Shown: one piece after another, positions 1-13,915 of the stretch
How the letters are laid out: each line of letters starts with the position of its first letter
How positions within the stretch are numbered: position 1 is the stretch's first letter
Assembly: GCA_050181585.1 (NCBI GenBank)
Contig: JBFXDA010000001.1
Location: 98,126-162,125 of the forward strand
Length of the DNA stretch: 64,000 nucleotides
Origin: Reyranellaceae bacterium
GTDB lineage: Bacteria > Pseudomonadota > Alphaproteobacteria > Reyranellales > JAQSWP01
Direction: 5' to 3'
Notes under the pieces: generated by a model
Seen by the model: the letters and a program-made list of their open reading frames with translations, nothing else
Told to the model about the DNA's origin: nothing
Databases searched by the model: none
Program-made: the position numbers and the translations under genes

Positions 1-156
1 GAGCTGGAGAAGACCAAAGCGCAGGTCGGCGCCCGCTTCGAGGCCGGCCGCTACGCCGAGGCGGCCAAGCTGTTCGACGCGCTGATCGCGCAGGAGAATT
101 TCACCGAATTCCTGACGCTGCCGGCCTACGATCAACTGGTTGCCGAGGGGGCGTGA
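1..156 (+). CDS. aceB: malate synthase A, C-terminal fragment (gene begins upstream of the window)
   Basis: Frame 1 reads ...GRYAEAAKLFDALIAQENFTEFLTLPAYDQLVAEGA and stops at TGA 154-156. This parallels the remembered E. coli AceB C-terminus (...GRFDDAARLMEQITTSDELIDFLTLPGYRLLA). Only 51 codons are visible. Confidence 0.6.
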   Translation, partial: ELEKTKAQVGARFEAGRYAEAAKLFDALIAQENFTEFLTLPAYDQLVAEGA

Positions 157-165
157 TTTCCTTTT

Positions 166-270
166 CCGTCATGCTGAGCGCAGCGAAGCATCTTGCTTGA
201 GTAAATACGTGCGCTTCTTGCAAGTCTGTGCTCGTAGACGCAAGACCCTTCGCTTCGCTCAGGGTGACGG
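166..270. repeat. MITE/REP-like inverted-repeat element (family A)
   Basis: Arm 166-196 (ccgtcatgctgagcgcagcgaagcatcttgc) pairs with the reverse complement of arm 240-270 (gcaagacccttcgcttcgctcagggtgacgg). A second copy with the same termini lies at 56563-56652. It is intergenic. Confidence 0.6.
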
Positions 271-281
271 AATAATAACCG

Positions 282-1286
282 TCAAAACTCCACCACGATC
301 TTGCCGATGGCTTCGCGCGCCTCGACCTTGCGCATGGCGGCGCGGAAATCCTCCACCGCGAAGCGCGTGACGGGCATTGGCGGCAGTTTGCCGTCGGCCG
401 CCCATTGCATCAGCATCGCCATGGTCTGGCGCAGGCGGACGAAGTTTTCCGGCGCCGGAAGCTGCCGGCCCCAGCCGAGGTAGTAACCCCAGTAATAGCC
501 GATGGCGGTGACGTTCTTGACCAGCAGGATGTTGGCGGGAATCTGCGGAATGCGTCCCGAGGCGAAGCCGTAGCAGATCAGCCGCGCCTGCGGCGCCACG
601 CAGCGCAGCGACTGGTCGAAGAGATCGCCGCCGACCGGATCGAACACCACGTCCACGCCGCGCTCGCCGGTCAGTTCCAGCACCCGTGCGCGCAAATCCT
701 CATGGCGCGAATCGATGATGTGATGGGCGCCGGCCTCCGTCGCAGCCGCGCGCTTGGCCACGCTGGAGGCGGTGCCGATCACCGTGGCGCCCATGGCGCG
801 GCCCAGCATGACCGCGCTCAGCCCGCTGCCGCCGCCCGCGCCGTGCACCAACAGCGTTTCGCCCGGACGCAGCCGCGCCGCCCAGTCGAGCGCCAGGAAC
901 ACGCTGCCATGGGTGCCGGCGACGATCATCGCGCCGGCATCGTCCACGCCGTCGGGGATCTTCCAGACCGTTTCCGCCGGCGCCACGAAACGCTCGGCAA
1001 TGCCGCCGCCGCGCTGCGCCAGCGCCGTCACGCGGTCGCCGGGTTTCACATGCGCGACGTCCGGCGCGGCATCGAGCACGACGCCCGACACTTCGCCGCC
1101 GGGGATATAGGGCAGGCCAGGCTTGTTCTGGTGCTTGCCGGCGATGCCCAGCACCACGGCGAAGGAGATGCCGGCGGTGCGGGTGGCGATGCGGACATGG
1201 CCGGGCGCCAGCGCCGGTTCCGGCCAGTCGCTTTCCAGCGTCAGGACGTCGGGGGTGCCGTATTCGCGGCAGACCAGGGCGCGCAT
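282..1286 (-). CDS. NADPH:quinone oxidoreductase / zinc-type alcohol dehydrogenase (MDR) family protein
   Basis: Internal ATG at 1286 gives MRALVCREYGTPDVL..., 334 aa. It has the GAGGGSG nucleotide-binding motif and MDR-like layout. The rest of the 755-aa track ORF is Arg/Gly-rich shadow sequence. Confidence 0.8.
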   Translation of the reverse strand: MRALVCREYGTPDVLTLESDWPEPALAPGHVRIATRTAGISFAVVLGIAGKHQNKPGLPYIPGGEVSGVVLDAAPDVAHVKPGDRVTALAQRGGGIAERFVAPAETVWKIPDGVDDAGAMIVAGTHGSVFLALDWAARLRPGETLLVHGAGGGSGLSAVMLGRAMGATVIGTASSVAKRAAATEAGAHHIIDSRHEDLRARVLELTGERGVDVVFDPVGGDLFDQSLRCVAPQARLICYGFASGRIPQIPANILLVKNVTAIGYYWGYYLGWGRQLPAPENFVRLRQTMAMLMQWAADGKLPPMPVTRFAVEDFRAAMRKVEAREAIGKIVVEF

Positions 1287-1294
1287 GGCCGACC

Positions 1295-2068
1295 TCAGAG
1301 ATCGTGGAACGAGCCGTGCCGACCCTTGCCGTCGGCGAAGCGGCGCGCGCCCGCCATGGCTTCCGTGCGGCGGGCTGCCGTCGCCAGTGCCGCCTCGCGG
1401 GCGATGGCGGCGGCGAAGCCGCAATCCTCCTGCTCGTAGGCCGAGCGGCGGTCCGAGCGCAGCGCGATCTGGGGAAATTCCGCCACCTGCTGCGCCAGTT
1501 CGACGGCTTCCTTCAATGCCAGCCCGTCGCCGGCCAGCCGCGTCACCAGCCCCCATTCCAGCGCTTCCCGGGCCGGCACCGCGCGGCCGGTGATCAGCAT
1601 GTCGAGCGCGCGGGCGCGGCCGATCAGGCGCGGCAGGCGCACCGTGGTGCCGTCGCTCATCGGCACGCCCCAGCGGCGGGAGAAGACGCCGAAATTGGCG
1701 CTCTCCTCGGCGATGCGGATGTCGCAGAACAGCGCCACGCCCAGTCCGCCGGCGCAGGCGGTGCCGGCGATGGCGCCGATCACCGGCTTGGAGAGCGGCG
1801 CGCGCAGCGGCCCCCGCTCGCTGCCGGCCCAGGGGAAATAATCGGTGCCGCCGGCCAGCGCCTTCAGGTCGGCGCCGGCGCAGAAAGCGCCGCCGGCGCC
1901 GGTCAGCACGCAGACATGGGCCGCCTCGTCGGCGTCGAATTCGTGCAGCGCCTGGCCCAGCAGCAGCGCCGCCTCGTTGTCCAGCGCGTTGCGCACTTCG
2001 GGCCGGTTGATGGTGACGATCCGCACCTTGCCCTCGCTGCGGGTCAGTATCTTTTCGCTTTCGCTCAT
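1295..2068 (-). CDS. enoyl-CoA hydratase/isomerase (crotonase) family protein
   Basis: MSESEKILTRSEGKVRIVTINRPEVRNALD..., followed by GAFCAGADLK, which is typical crotonase. The start was chosen at the ATG at 2068. Confidence 0.8.
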   Translation of the reverse strand: MSESEKILTRSEGKVRIVTINRPEVRNALDNEAALLLGQALHEFDADEAAHVCVLTGAGGAFCAGADLKALAGGTDYFPWAGSERGPLRAPLSKPVIGAIAGTACAGGLGVALFCDIRIAEESANFGVFSRRWGVPMSDGTTVRLPRLIGRARALDMLITGRAVPAREALEWGLVTRLAGDGLALKEAVELAQQVAEFPQIALRSDRRSAYEQEDCGFAAAIAREAALATAARRTEAMAGARRFADGKGRHGSFHDL

Positions 2069-2141
2069 GGTCCCTCGGCGTCTTGGCAAATTGCGGCTGG
2101 CGACATCTTATTGCAAACTCGCTGAAAAACAGGGGGAAGCA

Positions 2142-2948
2142 TTGGCCGATTTCGTGACGATCGAGAAAGGGCTGGGGCCGGAAGGCCGCGTCGCGGTGGT
2201 GCGGTTCGACCGCGGCGACCGCACCAATGCGCTGTCGCCGGCGGCGATGCGGGCGCTGACGCAGGCGGCGCGCGGCTTCGAGGACGACGCCGACACCTCG
2301 GTCGTGGTACTGACCGGCAATGCCAATGCCTTCTCCGCCGGTTTCGACCTCAAGGACGCCGAGGGACGGCAGCGCCGCGGCATGGACATCGGAACCTTGC
2401 GCCGCCATCTGCGGGTCGGCCCGCGCCTGTGCCGCGCCTGGCAGGAGATGGAGCAGATCACCATCGCCGCCATCGAGGGGTTCTGCATCGGCGGCGGGGC
2501 GGCGCTGGCGGTGGCGCTGGATTTCCGCGTCATGGCCAGCAACGCGCATTGGCGCATTCCGGAGGTCGGGCTAGGCATGAACATGAGCTGGCAGAGCGTG
2601 CCGCGCATGCTGGCGCTGATGGGACCGGCGCGCACCAAGCAGGCGGTGATCATCGCCGACGAGCGCATCGAGGCGCAGGATGCCCTGGAGTGGGGCCTGG
2701 TCGAGCATCTGGCCGAGCCGGGGAAAAGCTTCGCGGCGGCGATGGCGCTGGCGGAGAAGGTGGCGCGCCAGCCGCCGCTGCCGGCGATGATGACCAAGCT
2801 CACCGTCAACCGCCTGGCGCATGCGCTGGACGACCTGGCCAGCCACATGGACGGCGACCAGTTCGCCTTGGCCAGCCTGACCGACGACCATCGCGAGGGC
2901 GTCGCCGCTTTCCTGGAGCGGCGCCAGCCGCGCTTCCGCGGGCGCTGA
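2142..2948 (+). CDS. enoyl-CoA hydratase/isomerase family protein
   Basis: VAVVRFDRGDRTNALS...AFSAGFDLKD...GFCIGGGAALAVALDFRV. There is no in-frame ATG nearby. I propose the TTG at 2142, preceded by the aggggga Shine-Dalgarno at 2131-2137. The start is uncertain. Confidence 0.7.
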   Translation: MADFVTIEKGLGPEGRVAVVRFDRGDRTNALSPAAMRALTQAARGFEDDADTSVVVLTGNANAFSAGFDLKDAEGRQRRGMDIGTLRRHLRVGPRLCRAWQEMEQITIAAIEGFCIGGGAALAVALDFRVMASNAHWRIPEVGLGMNMSWQSVPRMLALMGPARTKQAVIIADERIEAQDALEWGLVEHLAEPGKSFAAAMALAEKVARQPPLPAMMTKLTVNRLAHALDDLASHMDGDQFALASLTDDHREGVAAFLERRQPRFRGR

Positions 2949-2949
2949 C

Positions 2950-3354
2950 ATGCGCGCCGAACTCAGCCAGGAGCAGATCGAGGCCGGCGAGCGCCTGCTG
3001 CGCCGGCTGGAGGAACGCGGCTCGAGCGTGCCGGCGGCGCTGTGGAGCTACGCGCCCGACATCAACGAGTGGCGGCTCTACATGAACATCAGGGCCTCGC
3101 GCCTGCAGGGCGCAGCGACCGGCGTGGAGCTGGTGTCGCAGGCCATCACCTCGCTGCGCAGCGAGGAGGACTTCCCCCTGACGCGGCAGGACATCTCGCC
3201 GGTCAACGGCGATCATGCCGTCATCGCCGGCCTGGCCGCCGCGCTGGGCACCGGTCCCACCATCTCCCGCCTGCGCATCCAGGGCACCAAGGTCAACGGC
3301 GCGCTGATCGAGGACGCGCTGATCTACCGGCTGTATCGCGCCGGCTTGACCTGA
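2950..3354 (+). CDS. hypothetical protein (134 aa, no family recognised)
   Basis: The ATG lies 1 nt after the upstream stop (tgacATG). Composition is not shadow-like and third-position GC is high. I found no recognisable motif. Confidence 0.5.
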   Translation: MRAELSQEQIEAGERLLRRLEERGSSVPAALWSYAPDINEWRLYMNIRASRLQGAATGVELVSQAITSLRSEEDFPLTRQDISPVNGDHAVIAGLAAALGTGPTISRLRIQGTKVNGALIEDALIYRLYRAGLT

Positions 3355-3360
3355 AGGACT

Positions 3361-3546
3361 TCAGCTCGCGTGCGTGCGCTGCGGCAGCTCGGCCATGATG
3401 CGCCGGCGCTCCTCGTCGCTGTAGGAGGTCCAGCGGCCGATCTCCTCGACCGTGCGCTTGCAGCCGATGCACAGGTTGCTGTCGGGATGCAGCATGCAGA
3501 CATTGACGCAGGGCGAGGGGATGGCGCGCAGCGGCTTGGCGGTCAT
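3361..3546 (-). CDS. DUF1289-type small Cys-rich protein
   Basis: MTAKPLRAIPSPCVNVCMLHPDSNLCIGCKRTVEEIGRWTSYSDEERRRIM matches the C-x3-C...C-x2-C pattern of DUF1289. An ATGA overlap joins it to the upstream panE-like stop. Confidence 0.7.
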   Translation of the reverse strand: MTAKPLRAIPSPCVNVCMLHPDSNLCIGCKRTVEEIGRWTSYSDEERRRIMAELPQRTHAS

Positions 3547-4526
3547 GGCTTTTTGTAGCATCCGGCCTCGATGGCCCGCCTTCGCACCAGCGCCAGCACG
3601 ACGTCGATGGCCGGCGTCGGCACGTTCAGCAGGCGGCCGATCTCGACCACCGCGCCGACGATGGGATCGATCTCCATCGGCCGGCCGTTCTCCAGGTCCT
3701 GCAGCATCGAGGTCTTGTGCGCGCCCGCTTCGGCCGCGCCGGCGATGCGCTTGGGCGTGTCGATCAGGAAATCGATGCCCAGCGCCTCGCCCACCGCGCG
3801 CGCCTCGCTCATCAGCGCGCTGACCAGCGGCGCCAGCTCGGCGTCGGTCGCCAGCACGTCGAGCGTGGCGTGGGTCAGCGCGCTCAACGGGTTGAAGCAG
3901 ACATTGCCCCACAGCTTGATCCAGATATCGGTGCGGATGCGCGGCCGCACCGGCGCCTTCAGCCCGGCCGCGATCATCGCCTTGCTCAGCGCCTGGATGC
4001 GCTCGGAGCGGCTGCCGTCGGGCTCGCCGATCGGCACGCGGTCGGAATAGGTGTGGCGGATGACGCCCGGCGCCTCGATCGCGGCGGCCGGGTCGAGCAC
4101 GCAGCCGATGGCGCGCTGCGGGCCGATATGGGTCCACATCAGGTCGTCGGGATCGACCGATTTTAGGCGGCGGCCCTCATGCGGGCCGCCCAGCCCGTGG
4201 AAATACCAGAAGGGCAGGCCGTTCATCGCCGTCACCACGCCGGTGTCGGCGCGCAGCATCGGCGCCAGGCTGGCGGCGATGGCCGGCGCGCTGTTCGACT
4301 TGATGGTGAGGAAGACGAAATCCTGCTCGCCGGCCTGCGACGGATCGTCGGTGGCGCGCGGGCGCACGGTGAAGCTTTCGTCCAGCGTGTGCAGCGTCAG
4401 GCCCTTGTCGCGGATCGCCGCCAGGTGCGGGCCGCGCGCGATCAGGGTGACGTCGACGCCCGCTTTCGCCAGCTTGGCGCCGAGATAGCCGCCGATGGCG
4501 CCGGCGCCGAAGACGGCGATCCTCAC
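3543..4526 (-). CDS. panE: 2-dehydropantoate 2-reductase (ApbA/PanE family)
   Basis: GTG start. (M)RIAVFGAGAIGGYLGAKLAKAGVDVTLIARG is a Rossmann motif, and the 327-aa length is typical of the family. Confidence 0.75.
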   Translation of the reverse strand: MRIAVFGAGAIGGYLGAKLAKAGVDVTLIARGPHLAAIRDKGLTLHTLDESFTVRPRATDDPSQAGEQDFVFLTIKSNSAPAIAASLAPMLRADTGVVTAMNGLPFWYFHGLGGPHEGRRLKSVDPDDLMWTHIGPQRAIGCVLDPAAAIEAPGVIRHTYSDRVPIGEPDGSRSERIQALSKAMIAAGLKAPVRPRIRTDIWIKLWGNVCFNPLSALTHATLDVLATDAELAPLVSALMSEARAVGEALGIDFLIDTPKRIAGAAEAGAHKTSMLQDLENGRPMEIDPIVGAVVEIGRLLNVPTPAIDVVLALVRRRAIEAGCYKKP

Positions 4527-4536
4527 GCCGCGTCCC

Positions 4537-6087
4537 TCATTTGGCCAAACCCAGCTTTTGCGCCAGGCCGATGCGCTGCACCTTGCCGGTGGCGCCCTTG
4601 GGCAGCTCGTCCATGATCAGCACCTGGCGCGGCACCTTGAAATCGGCCAGGCGCTGGGCGGCGAAGGCGCGGATCGCCTTCTCGTCGGCCTGCGAGTCGG
4701 GCTTCAGCACCACGGCGGCGGCCACGTCCTCGCCCAGCTTGGCGTGCGGCACGCCGAAGGTGACCACCTGGGCGATGGCGGGATGGTCGAGCAGCACCTC
4801 GTCGACCTCGCGCGGCGAGATTTTCTCGCCGCCGCGATTGATGATCTCCTTCTTGCGCCCGGTGATGGCAAGATAGCCGTCGCCGTCCAGCACGCCCAGA
4901 TCGCCGGTGCGGAACCAGCCATGGGTGAAGGCCTCCTCGTTGGCCTTGGGATTGCTCTCGTAGCCCGCCGTCACGTTGGGGCCGCGAATCACCACCTCGC
5001 CCTGCCGCCCGCTGGGCAGCAGCGCGCCGTCATCGGCCATGATGGCGATCTCCGGCCCGGCGGCGATGCCGACCGAGCCCGGCTTGCGCGGCCGCGGCGG
5101 CAAGGGGTTGGAGGCCATCTGGTGCGCCGCCTCGGTCATGCCGTAGCTCTCGATCACCGGCGCGCCGAAGGTCTGCTCCAGCTCGGCCATCACCTGCGGC
5201 GGCAGCGAGGCGGAGGAGGAGCGGATGAAGCGCAGCTTCGCCTGGGCCAGCGCCTCCCGATTGCGCTCGGCCCGCGCCAGGATCGTCTGGTGCATGGTCG
5301 GCACCGCCGTGTACCAGCTCGGCTCGAACTCGACCAGGCGGGCGAAGAAGTTCAGCGCGTTGAAGCCCTCGGTGCAGACCACCGAGGCGCCGGCCCGCAG
5401 CGAGGACAGCACGGCGGCGATCAGTCCGTGGATGTGGAACAGCGGCATCACGTTGAGGCAGCGGTCGGTCTCGCCCAGCGCCAGGGTGGCGGCGATGTGA
5501 TTGGCGGAGGCGACGACGTTCTTCTGCATCAGCGGCACGATCTTGGGCCGCGAGGTGGTGCCCGAGGTATGCAGCACCAGCGCCACGTCGTCGGGGCCGG
5601 CAAACCCGTCCGACGAGGCGCCGCGTTTTTGCAGCAGCGCGGCATCCTCGTGGCTTTCCGGCACCAGGTCGAAGCTGCCGGCCGGCAGACGCTCGTCCTT
5701 GCCCAGCGCCAGCACCGCAATGCCGTGCCGGCGCGCCACCTGGGTCGCCGGACCCTCGTCGCCGCGCGCCACCACCAGCACCGCTGGCTTCAGGTCGGAG
5801 AGGTAGAAATCGAACTCCTCGGCGCGATAGGCCGGATTGAGCGGCGCGGTGGTGGCAGCACTGCCCAGGGTCACGAAGGCCGAAGCCATTTCCGGCCCGT
5901 TGGGCAGCACGATGGCGATGCGCTGGTTGCGGCCGATGCCGAAGCCGCGCACCACGCCCAGCGTATGGTCGACATGCTGGCGCAGGCCGGCATAGGTGAG
6001 GGTGGGGCGCCCGGGGGCGAGGATCGCAGGCCGCGCGTCGCGGCCGCGGTCGAGCAATTGGCGGATGGTCTGGGTGGCGATGCTCAT
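4537..6087 (-). CDS. AMP-dependent acyl-CoA synthetase/ligase
   Basis: MSIATQTIRQLL... The AMP-binding box LHTSGTTSRPKIV is present, plus GWFRTGDLG and the C-terminal PKGATGKVQR. The ATG at 6087 was chosen. Confidence 0.85.
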   Translation of the reverse strand: MSIATQTIRQLLDRGRDARPAILAPGRPTLTYAGLRQHVDHTLGVVRGFGIGRNQRIAIVLPNGPEMASAFVTLGSAATTAPLNPAYRAEEFDFYLSDLKPAVLVVARGDEGPATQVARRHGIAVLALGKDERLPAGSFDLVPESHEDAALLQKRGASSDGFAGPDDVALVLHTSGTTSRPKIVPLMQKNVVASANHIAATLALGETDRCLNVMPLFHIHGLIAAVLSSLRAGASVVCTEGFNALNFFARLVEFEPSWYTAVPTMHQTILARAERNREALAQAKLRFIRSSSASLPPQVMAELEQTFGAPVIESYGMTEAAHQMASNPLPPRPRKPGSVGIAAGPEIAIMADDGALLPSGRQGEVVIRGPNVTAGYESNPKANEEAFTHGWFRTGDLGVLDGDGYLAITGRKKEIINRGGEKISPREVDEVLLDHPAIAQVVTFGVPHAKLGEDVAAAVVLKPDSQADEKAIRAFAAQRLADFKVPRQVLIMDELPKGATGKVQRIGLAQKLGLAK

Positions 6088-6241
6088 GGCAGCGGCAGGG
6101 TTACCCAACCGGCACCGGCCTGTCGAGCCCCTCGCGGTGTTTGGGCACCGAATTCGAGACGAACGGGGCCGAAACAAGGCCGGAACCGCTACCGGCAGCC
6201 GCGGGTTTCCTTGGCGTGGGTTTGCAACGAAAGGAGGGCCT

Positions 6242-6931
6242 ATGGCTTGGTTCGAGACTCCGCTGCGTTATGGCGTTCTTGCCGGCGCAAGCGCGCTGGC
6301 GCTGGCTCTGGCCGCGCCGGCGATGGCCAACGAGCTGCAGAGCACGCCGGGCAGCACGGTAAGCGTGCCGCAGAATCCGGACGTCGGCGGCGGCTATCGT
6401 CCCGATCCCACCCGCAAGACGGTGGGCGAGATGGAGCGCGACGTCGCCGAGGGCAAGTACAAGGATTCGACCGCGCCGCAGAGCAGCGGCGACATGAACA
6501 GGATCGGCGAGACCACGAACGACCAGCCCATCCATCGGGGTACGCCGCTGCCCAGCGGTCCGGGCCGCCCGATGGGCGATGCCACGGCGCCGGGCTCGGG
6601 CACTTACGGCTCGACCGGCGCTGGCGACGGCCAGGGCGGCGCCTTTCCCGGCAGCGCCGCCAATCTCCAGGTCGATCGCGTGAGCATCGAGGAGCTGCCG
6701 CCCGACCTGCAGGCGGCGGTGAGAAGCCGGATGGATCGCCAGCAGACGCCGAACGAGCTGGTGGAAACCACCATCCTCAACCGTCTGGCGCTGATGGGCA
6801 GCGAGTACCGCCTCGACAGCGCGCAGAAGGTCGGCGCCAACTACGTGCTGCGGATCAGCAATCCCGACGGCCAGCAGGCGACCATGCTGTTCGAGACCCA
6901 GTCGGGCACGCTGCGCGAAGTGCAGATGTAG
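6242..6931 (+). CDS. secreted Gly/Pro-rich hypothetical protein
   Basis: aaggaggg Shine-Dalgarno, then ATG at 6242. The signal peptide is MAWFETPLRYGVLAGASALALALAAPAMA. A low-complexity middle is followed by a small, possibly PepSY-like C-terminal domain. Confidence 0.6.
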   Translation: MAWFETPLRYGVLAGASALALALAAPAMANELQSTPGSTVSVPQNPDVGGGYRPDPTRKTVGEMERDVAEGKYKDSTAPQSSGDMNRIGETTNDQPIHRGTPLPSGPGRPMGDATAPGSGTYGSTGAGDGQGGAFPGSAANLQVDRVSIEELPPDLQAAVRSRMDRQQTPNELVETTILNRLALMGSEYRLDSAQKVGANYVLRISNPDGQQATMLFETQSGTLREVQM

Positions 6932-6947
6932 CAAGCCGGCGCCCGGC

Positions 6948-6984
6948 GTCGGATCCCAGAGTCGGATCCCAGAGTCGGATCCCC
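6948..6984. repeat. 13-bp tandem repeat (gtcggatcccaga x about 2.8)
   Basis: Read directly from the sequence. It lies in the 3' intergenic region after the secreted-protein gene. Confidence 0.8.
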
Positions 6985-7000
6985 GCATCAGAGCAAAGCA

Positions 7001-7030
7001 AAACCGGCCGCTCCTGCGAGCGGCCGGTTT
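7001..7030. terminator. bidirectional rho-independent terminator hairpin
   Basis: aaaccggccgctc-ctgc-gagcggccggttt is a 13-bp stem flanked by an A-run and a T-run. It sits between convergent genes. Confidence 0.7.
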
Positions 7031-7052
7031 CTCTCGCGCTCCCTGTCGTGTT

Positions 7053-7652
7053 CTATTTGCTGTCGGGCTTGCCGATCTCGTTCAGCCGGCTTTGCAGCTC
7101 GTCCAGCTTGCGCTTGAGCTCTTCGATCGTGGGATTGTCCGCGCCGGCCTTGTCCGCCGGCTTGGCGTCGCCGCCGGCGGGCGGGGCGAACGGGGTGAAC
7201 ATCTTCATCGCCCGCTCCAGCATGGCGACGTTCTGCTTGCCGACCTCCTCGAACTGGGCGAAGGGGTTGAAGCCGAAAGTCGACTGCATGTAGTCGCGCA
7301 TGCGCTCCTGGTTCTGCGTGAACGACTTCATCGAGTGCTCGAGATACTGCGGCACCACCGACTGCAGCGAATCGCCGTAGAAGCCGATGAGCTGGCGCAG
7401 AAACGAAATGGGCAGCAGATGCTGCCCCTTGCCTTCTTCCTCGACGATGATCTGCGTCAGCACCGCGCGGGTGATGTCCTCGCCGGTCTTGGCGTCGTAC
7501 ACCACGAAATCGGTGTTCTCCTTCACCATCTGCGCCAGATGGTCGAGCGTCACGTAGCTCGAGGTCGCCGTGTTGTACAGCCGCCGGTTGGCGTATTTTT
7601 TTATGACCACGGGGGCTGCCTTGGCCCCGCTTGCCTGCTCCTGCTCTGCCAT
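7053..7652 (-). CDS. phaR: polyhydroxyalkanoate synthesis repressor PhaR
   Basis: MAEQEQ...VVIKKYANRRLYNTATSSYVTLDHLAQMV...ITRAVLTQIIVEEE is the canonical PhaR N-terminus. Confidence 0.9.
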   Translation of the reverse strand: MAEQEQASGAKAAPVVIKKYANRRLYNTATSSYVTLDHLAQMVKENTDFVVYDAKTGEDITRAVLTQIIVEEEGKGQHLLPISFLRQLIGFYGDSLQSVVPQYLEHSMKSFTQNQERMRDYMQSTFGFNPFAQFEEVGKQNVAMLERAMKMFTPFAPPAGGDAKPADKAGADNPTIEELKRKLDELQSRLNEIGKPDSK

Positions 7653-8034
7653 CCCACGCCCTTTCCCTGGACGCCCCAACCCCCGGGCGGTGTTCCGCCC
7701 TTTTTCAGATGTTACGCACGCGCGAAGGAATTGCTGCGCTGCGTAAATTTTCGTCACCTTAGCGCGGGGAATTTCGCGCCGCAAGCGACGCCGCCGACGC
7801 TGTGCCGCAGCGTCGGCGGCGTTATACTGCCCGCCATGGCCGACGAGACCGAGTTGCAAACGCTGGCGCGCCGCTACCTGGATCTCTGGGAGAGCCAGCT
7901 TTCGGCCATGGCGGCGGACAGCGAACTGGCGGCGCAGCTTGGCCGGCTGTTCGCCGCCACCAATGCCAGCCTGCTGGCGGGCGTGCAGGCGCAGTCCGGC
8001 GCTGCGGCGGGTAGCCGGGGAACGGAACGGGAAG

Positions 8035-12850
<4,816 letters not shown>

Positions 12851-12876
12851 TTCCGGCACGCCTTATCCGAAATAAG

Positions 12877-12907
12877 CAGGCCGGCGATTCGCCGGCCTGT
12901 TTCTTTT
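12877..12907 (+). terminator. rho-independent terminator after phaA
   Basis: caggccggcg-att-cgccggcctg followed by tttctttt. Confidence 0.7.
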
Positions 12908-13044
12908 ACGTCCGGCCGATCCCGGACCGGTTGCAATTCCGGTAAACGGCGATTTGCTTTAGATTGTCGCAGCGCCAGCCGCGACGGACTTAAATAAGCT
13001 GGCGATCAAACAGGAACATTGGCAGCACGTTCAAGGAGGAGCTC

Positions 13045-13767
13045 ATGAGCAGGGTGGCGGTTGTGACGGGCGGCACGCGCGGCATTGGCGCGGCCATTTC
13101 GCTGATGCTGAAGCAGGCGGGCTACAAGGTGGCCGCCACCTATGCCGGCAACGACGAGGCGGCGAGCAAGTTCAAGGCCTCCTCCGGCTGCGGCGTCTAC
13201 AAGTTCGACGTCGCCGATTTCGCCGCCTGCCAGGCGGCCGTGGCGCAGATCGTCAAGGAGCTGGGGCCGGTCGACGTGCTGGTCAACAACGCCGGCATCA
13301 CCCGCGACGGCACCATGAAGCGCATGACGCGCGACGCCTGGGACGCGGTGATCGATACCAATCTCGGCTCCTGCTACAACATGTGCAAGGCGGTGTGGGA
13401 TTCGATGAACGAGCGCGGTTTCGGCCGCATCGTCAATATCGGCTCGATCAACGGCCAGGCCGGCCAGTACGGCCAGGTCAACTACGCCGCCGCCAAGTCG
13501 GGCATCCACGGCTTCACCAAGGCGCTGGCGCAGGAAGGCGCCTCCAAGAACATCACCGTCAACGCCATCGCGCCGGGCTACATCGACACCGACATGGTGG
13601 CCGCCGTGCCGGCCAACGTGCTGGAGAAGATCGTGGCCAAGATCCCGGTCGGCCGCCTGGGCAAGGCCCAGGAGATCGCCCGCGGCGTGCTGTTCCTGGT
13701 CGCCGACGACGCCGGCTTCGTCACCGGCTCGACCCTGTCGATCAATGGCGGCCAGCACATGTATTGA
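13045..13767 (+). CDS. phaB: acetoacetyl-CoA reductase (SDR)
   Basis: MSRVAVVTGGTRGIGAAI...NNAGITRD...YAAAKSG...TGSTLSINGGQHMY. This is the classical PhaB layout, directly after phaA. Confidence 0.9.
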   Translation: MSRVAVVTGGTRGIGAAISLMLKQAGYKVAATYAGNDEAASKFKASSGCGVYKFDVADFAACQAAVAQIVKELGPVDVLVNNAGITRDGTMKRMTRDAWDAVIDTNLGSCYNMCKAVWDSMNERGFGRIVNIGSINGQAGQYGQVNYAAAKSGIHGFTKALAQEGASKNITVNAIAPGYIDTDMVAAVPANVLEKIVAKIPVGRLGKAQEIARGVLFLVADDAGFVTGSTLSINGGQHMY

Positions 13768-13788
13768 TCCTCGCCCCTTGGGCGTTGC

Positions 13789-13822
13789 AACGGCGCGGCT
13801 TCGGCCGCGCCGTTTTGCTTTT
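13789..13822 (+). terminator. rho-independent terminator after phaB
   Basis: aacggcgcggc-ttcg-gccgcgccgtt followed by ttgctttt. Confidence 0.7.
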
Positions 13823-13915
13823 CCGATGGCGGTGATCGGAAAAATTCGCGTTTCCGGGCCTTGCGGTCGGGCCCGCCAGGGTCTAATTAAGAATCGTTCG
13901 CAATTGGAGTTGAGT

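Noticed and set aside
4495-7293. 932-aa plus-strand ORF spanning the acyl-CoA ligase, secreted-protein and phaR regions
   Set aside because: Its composition is dominated by Arg, Gly, Ala and Pro. It lies antisense or out of frame to genes with clear family motifs. Only its 6242-6931 segment, which shares its frame, is a real gene. This is a typical high-GC shadow ORF.
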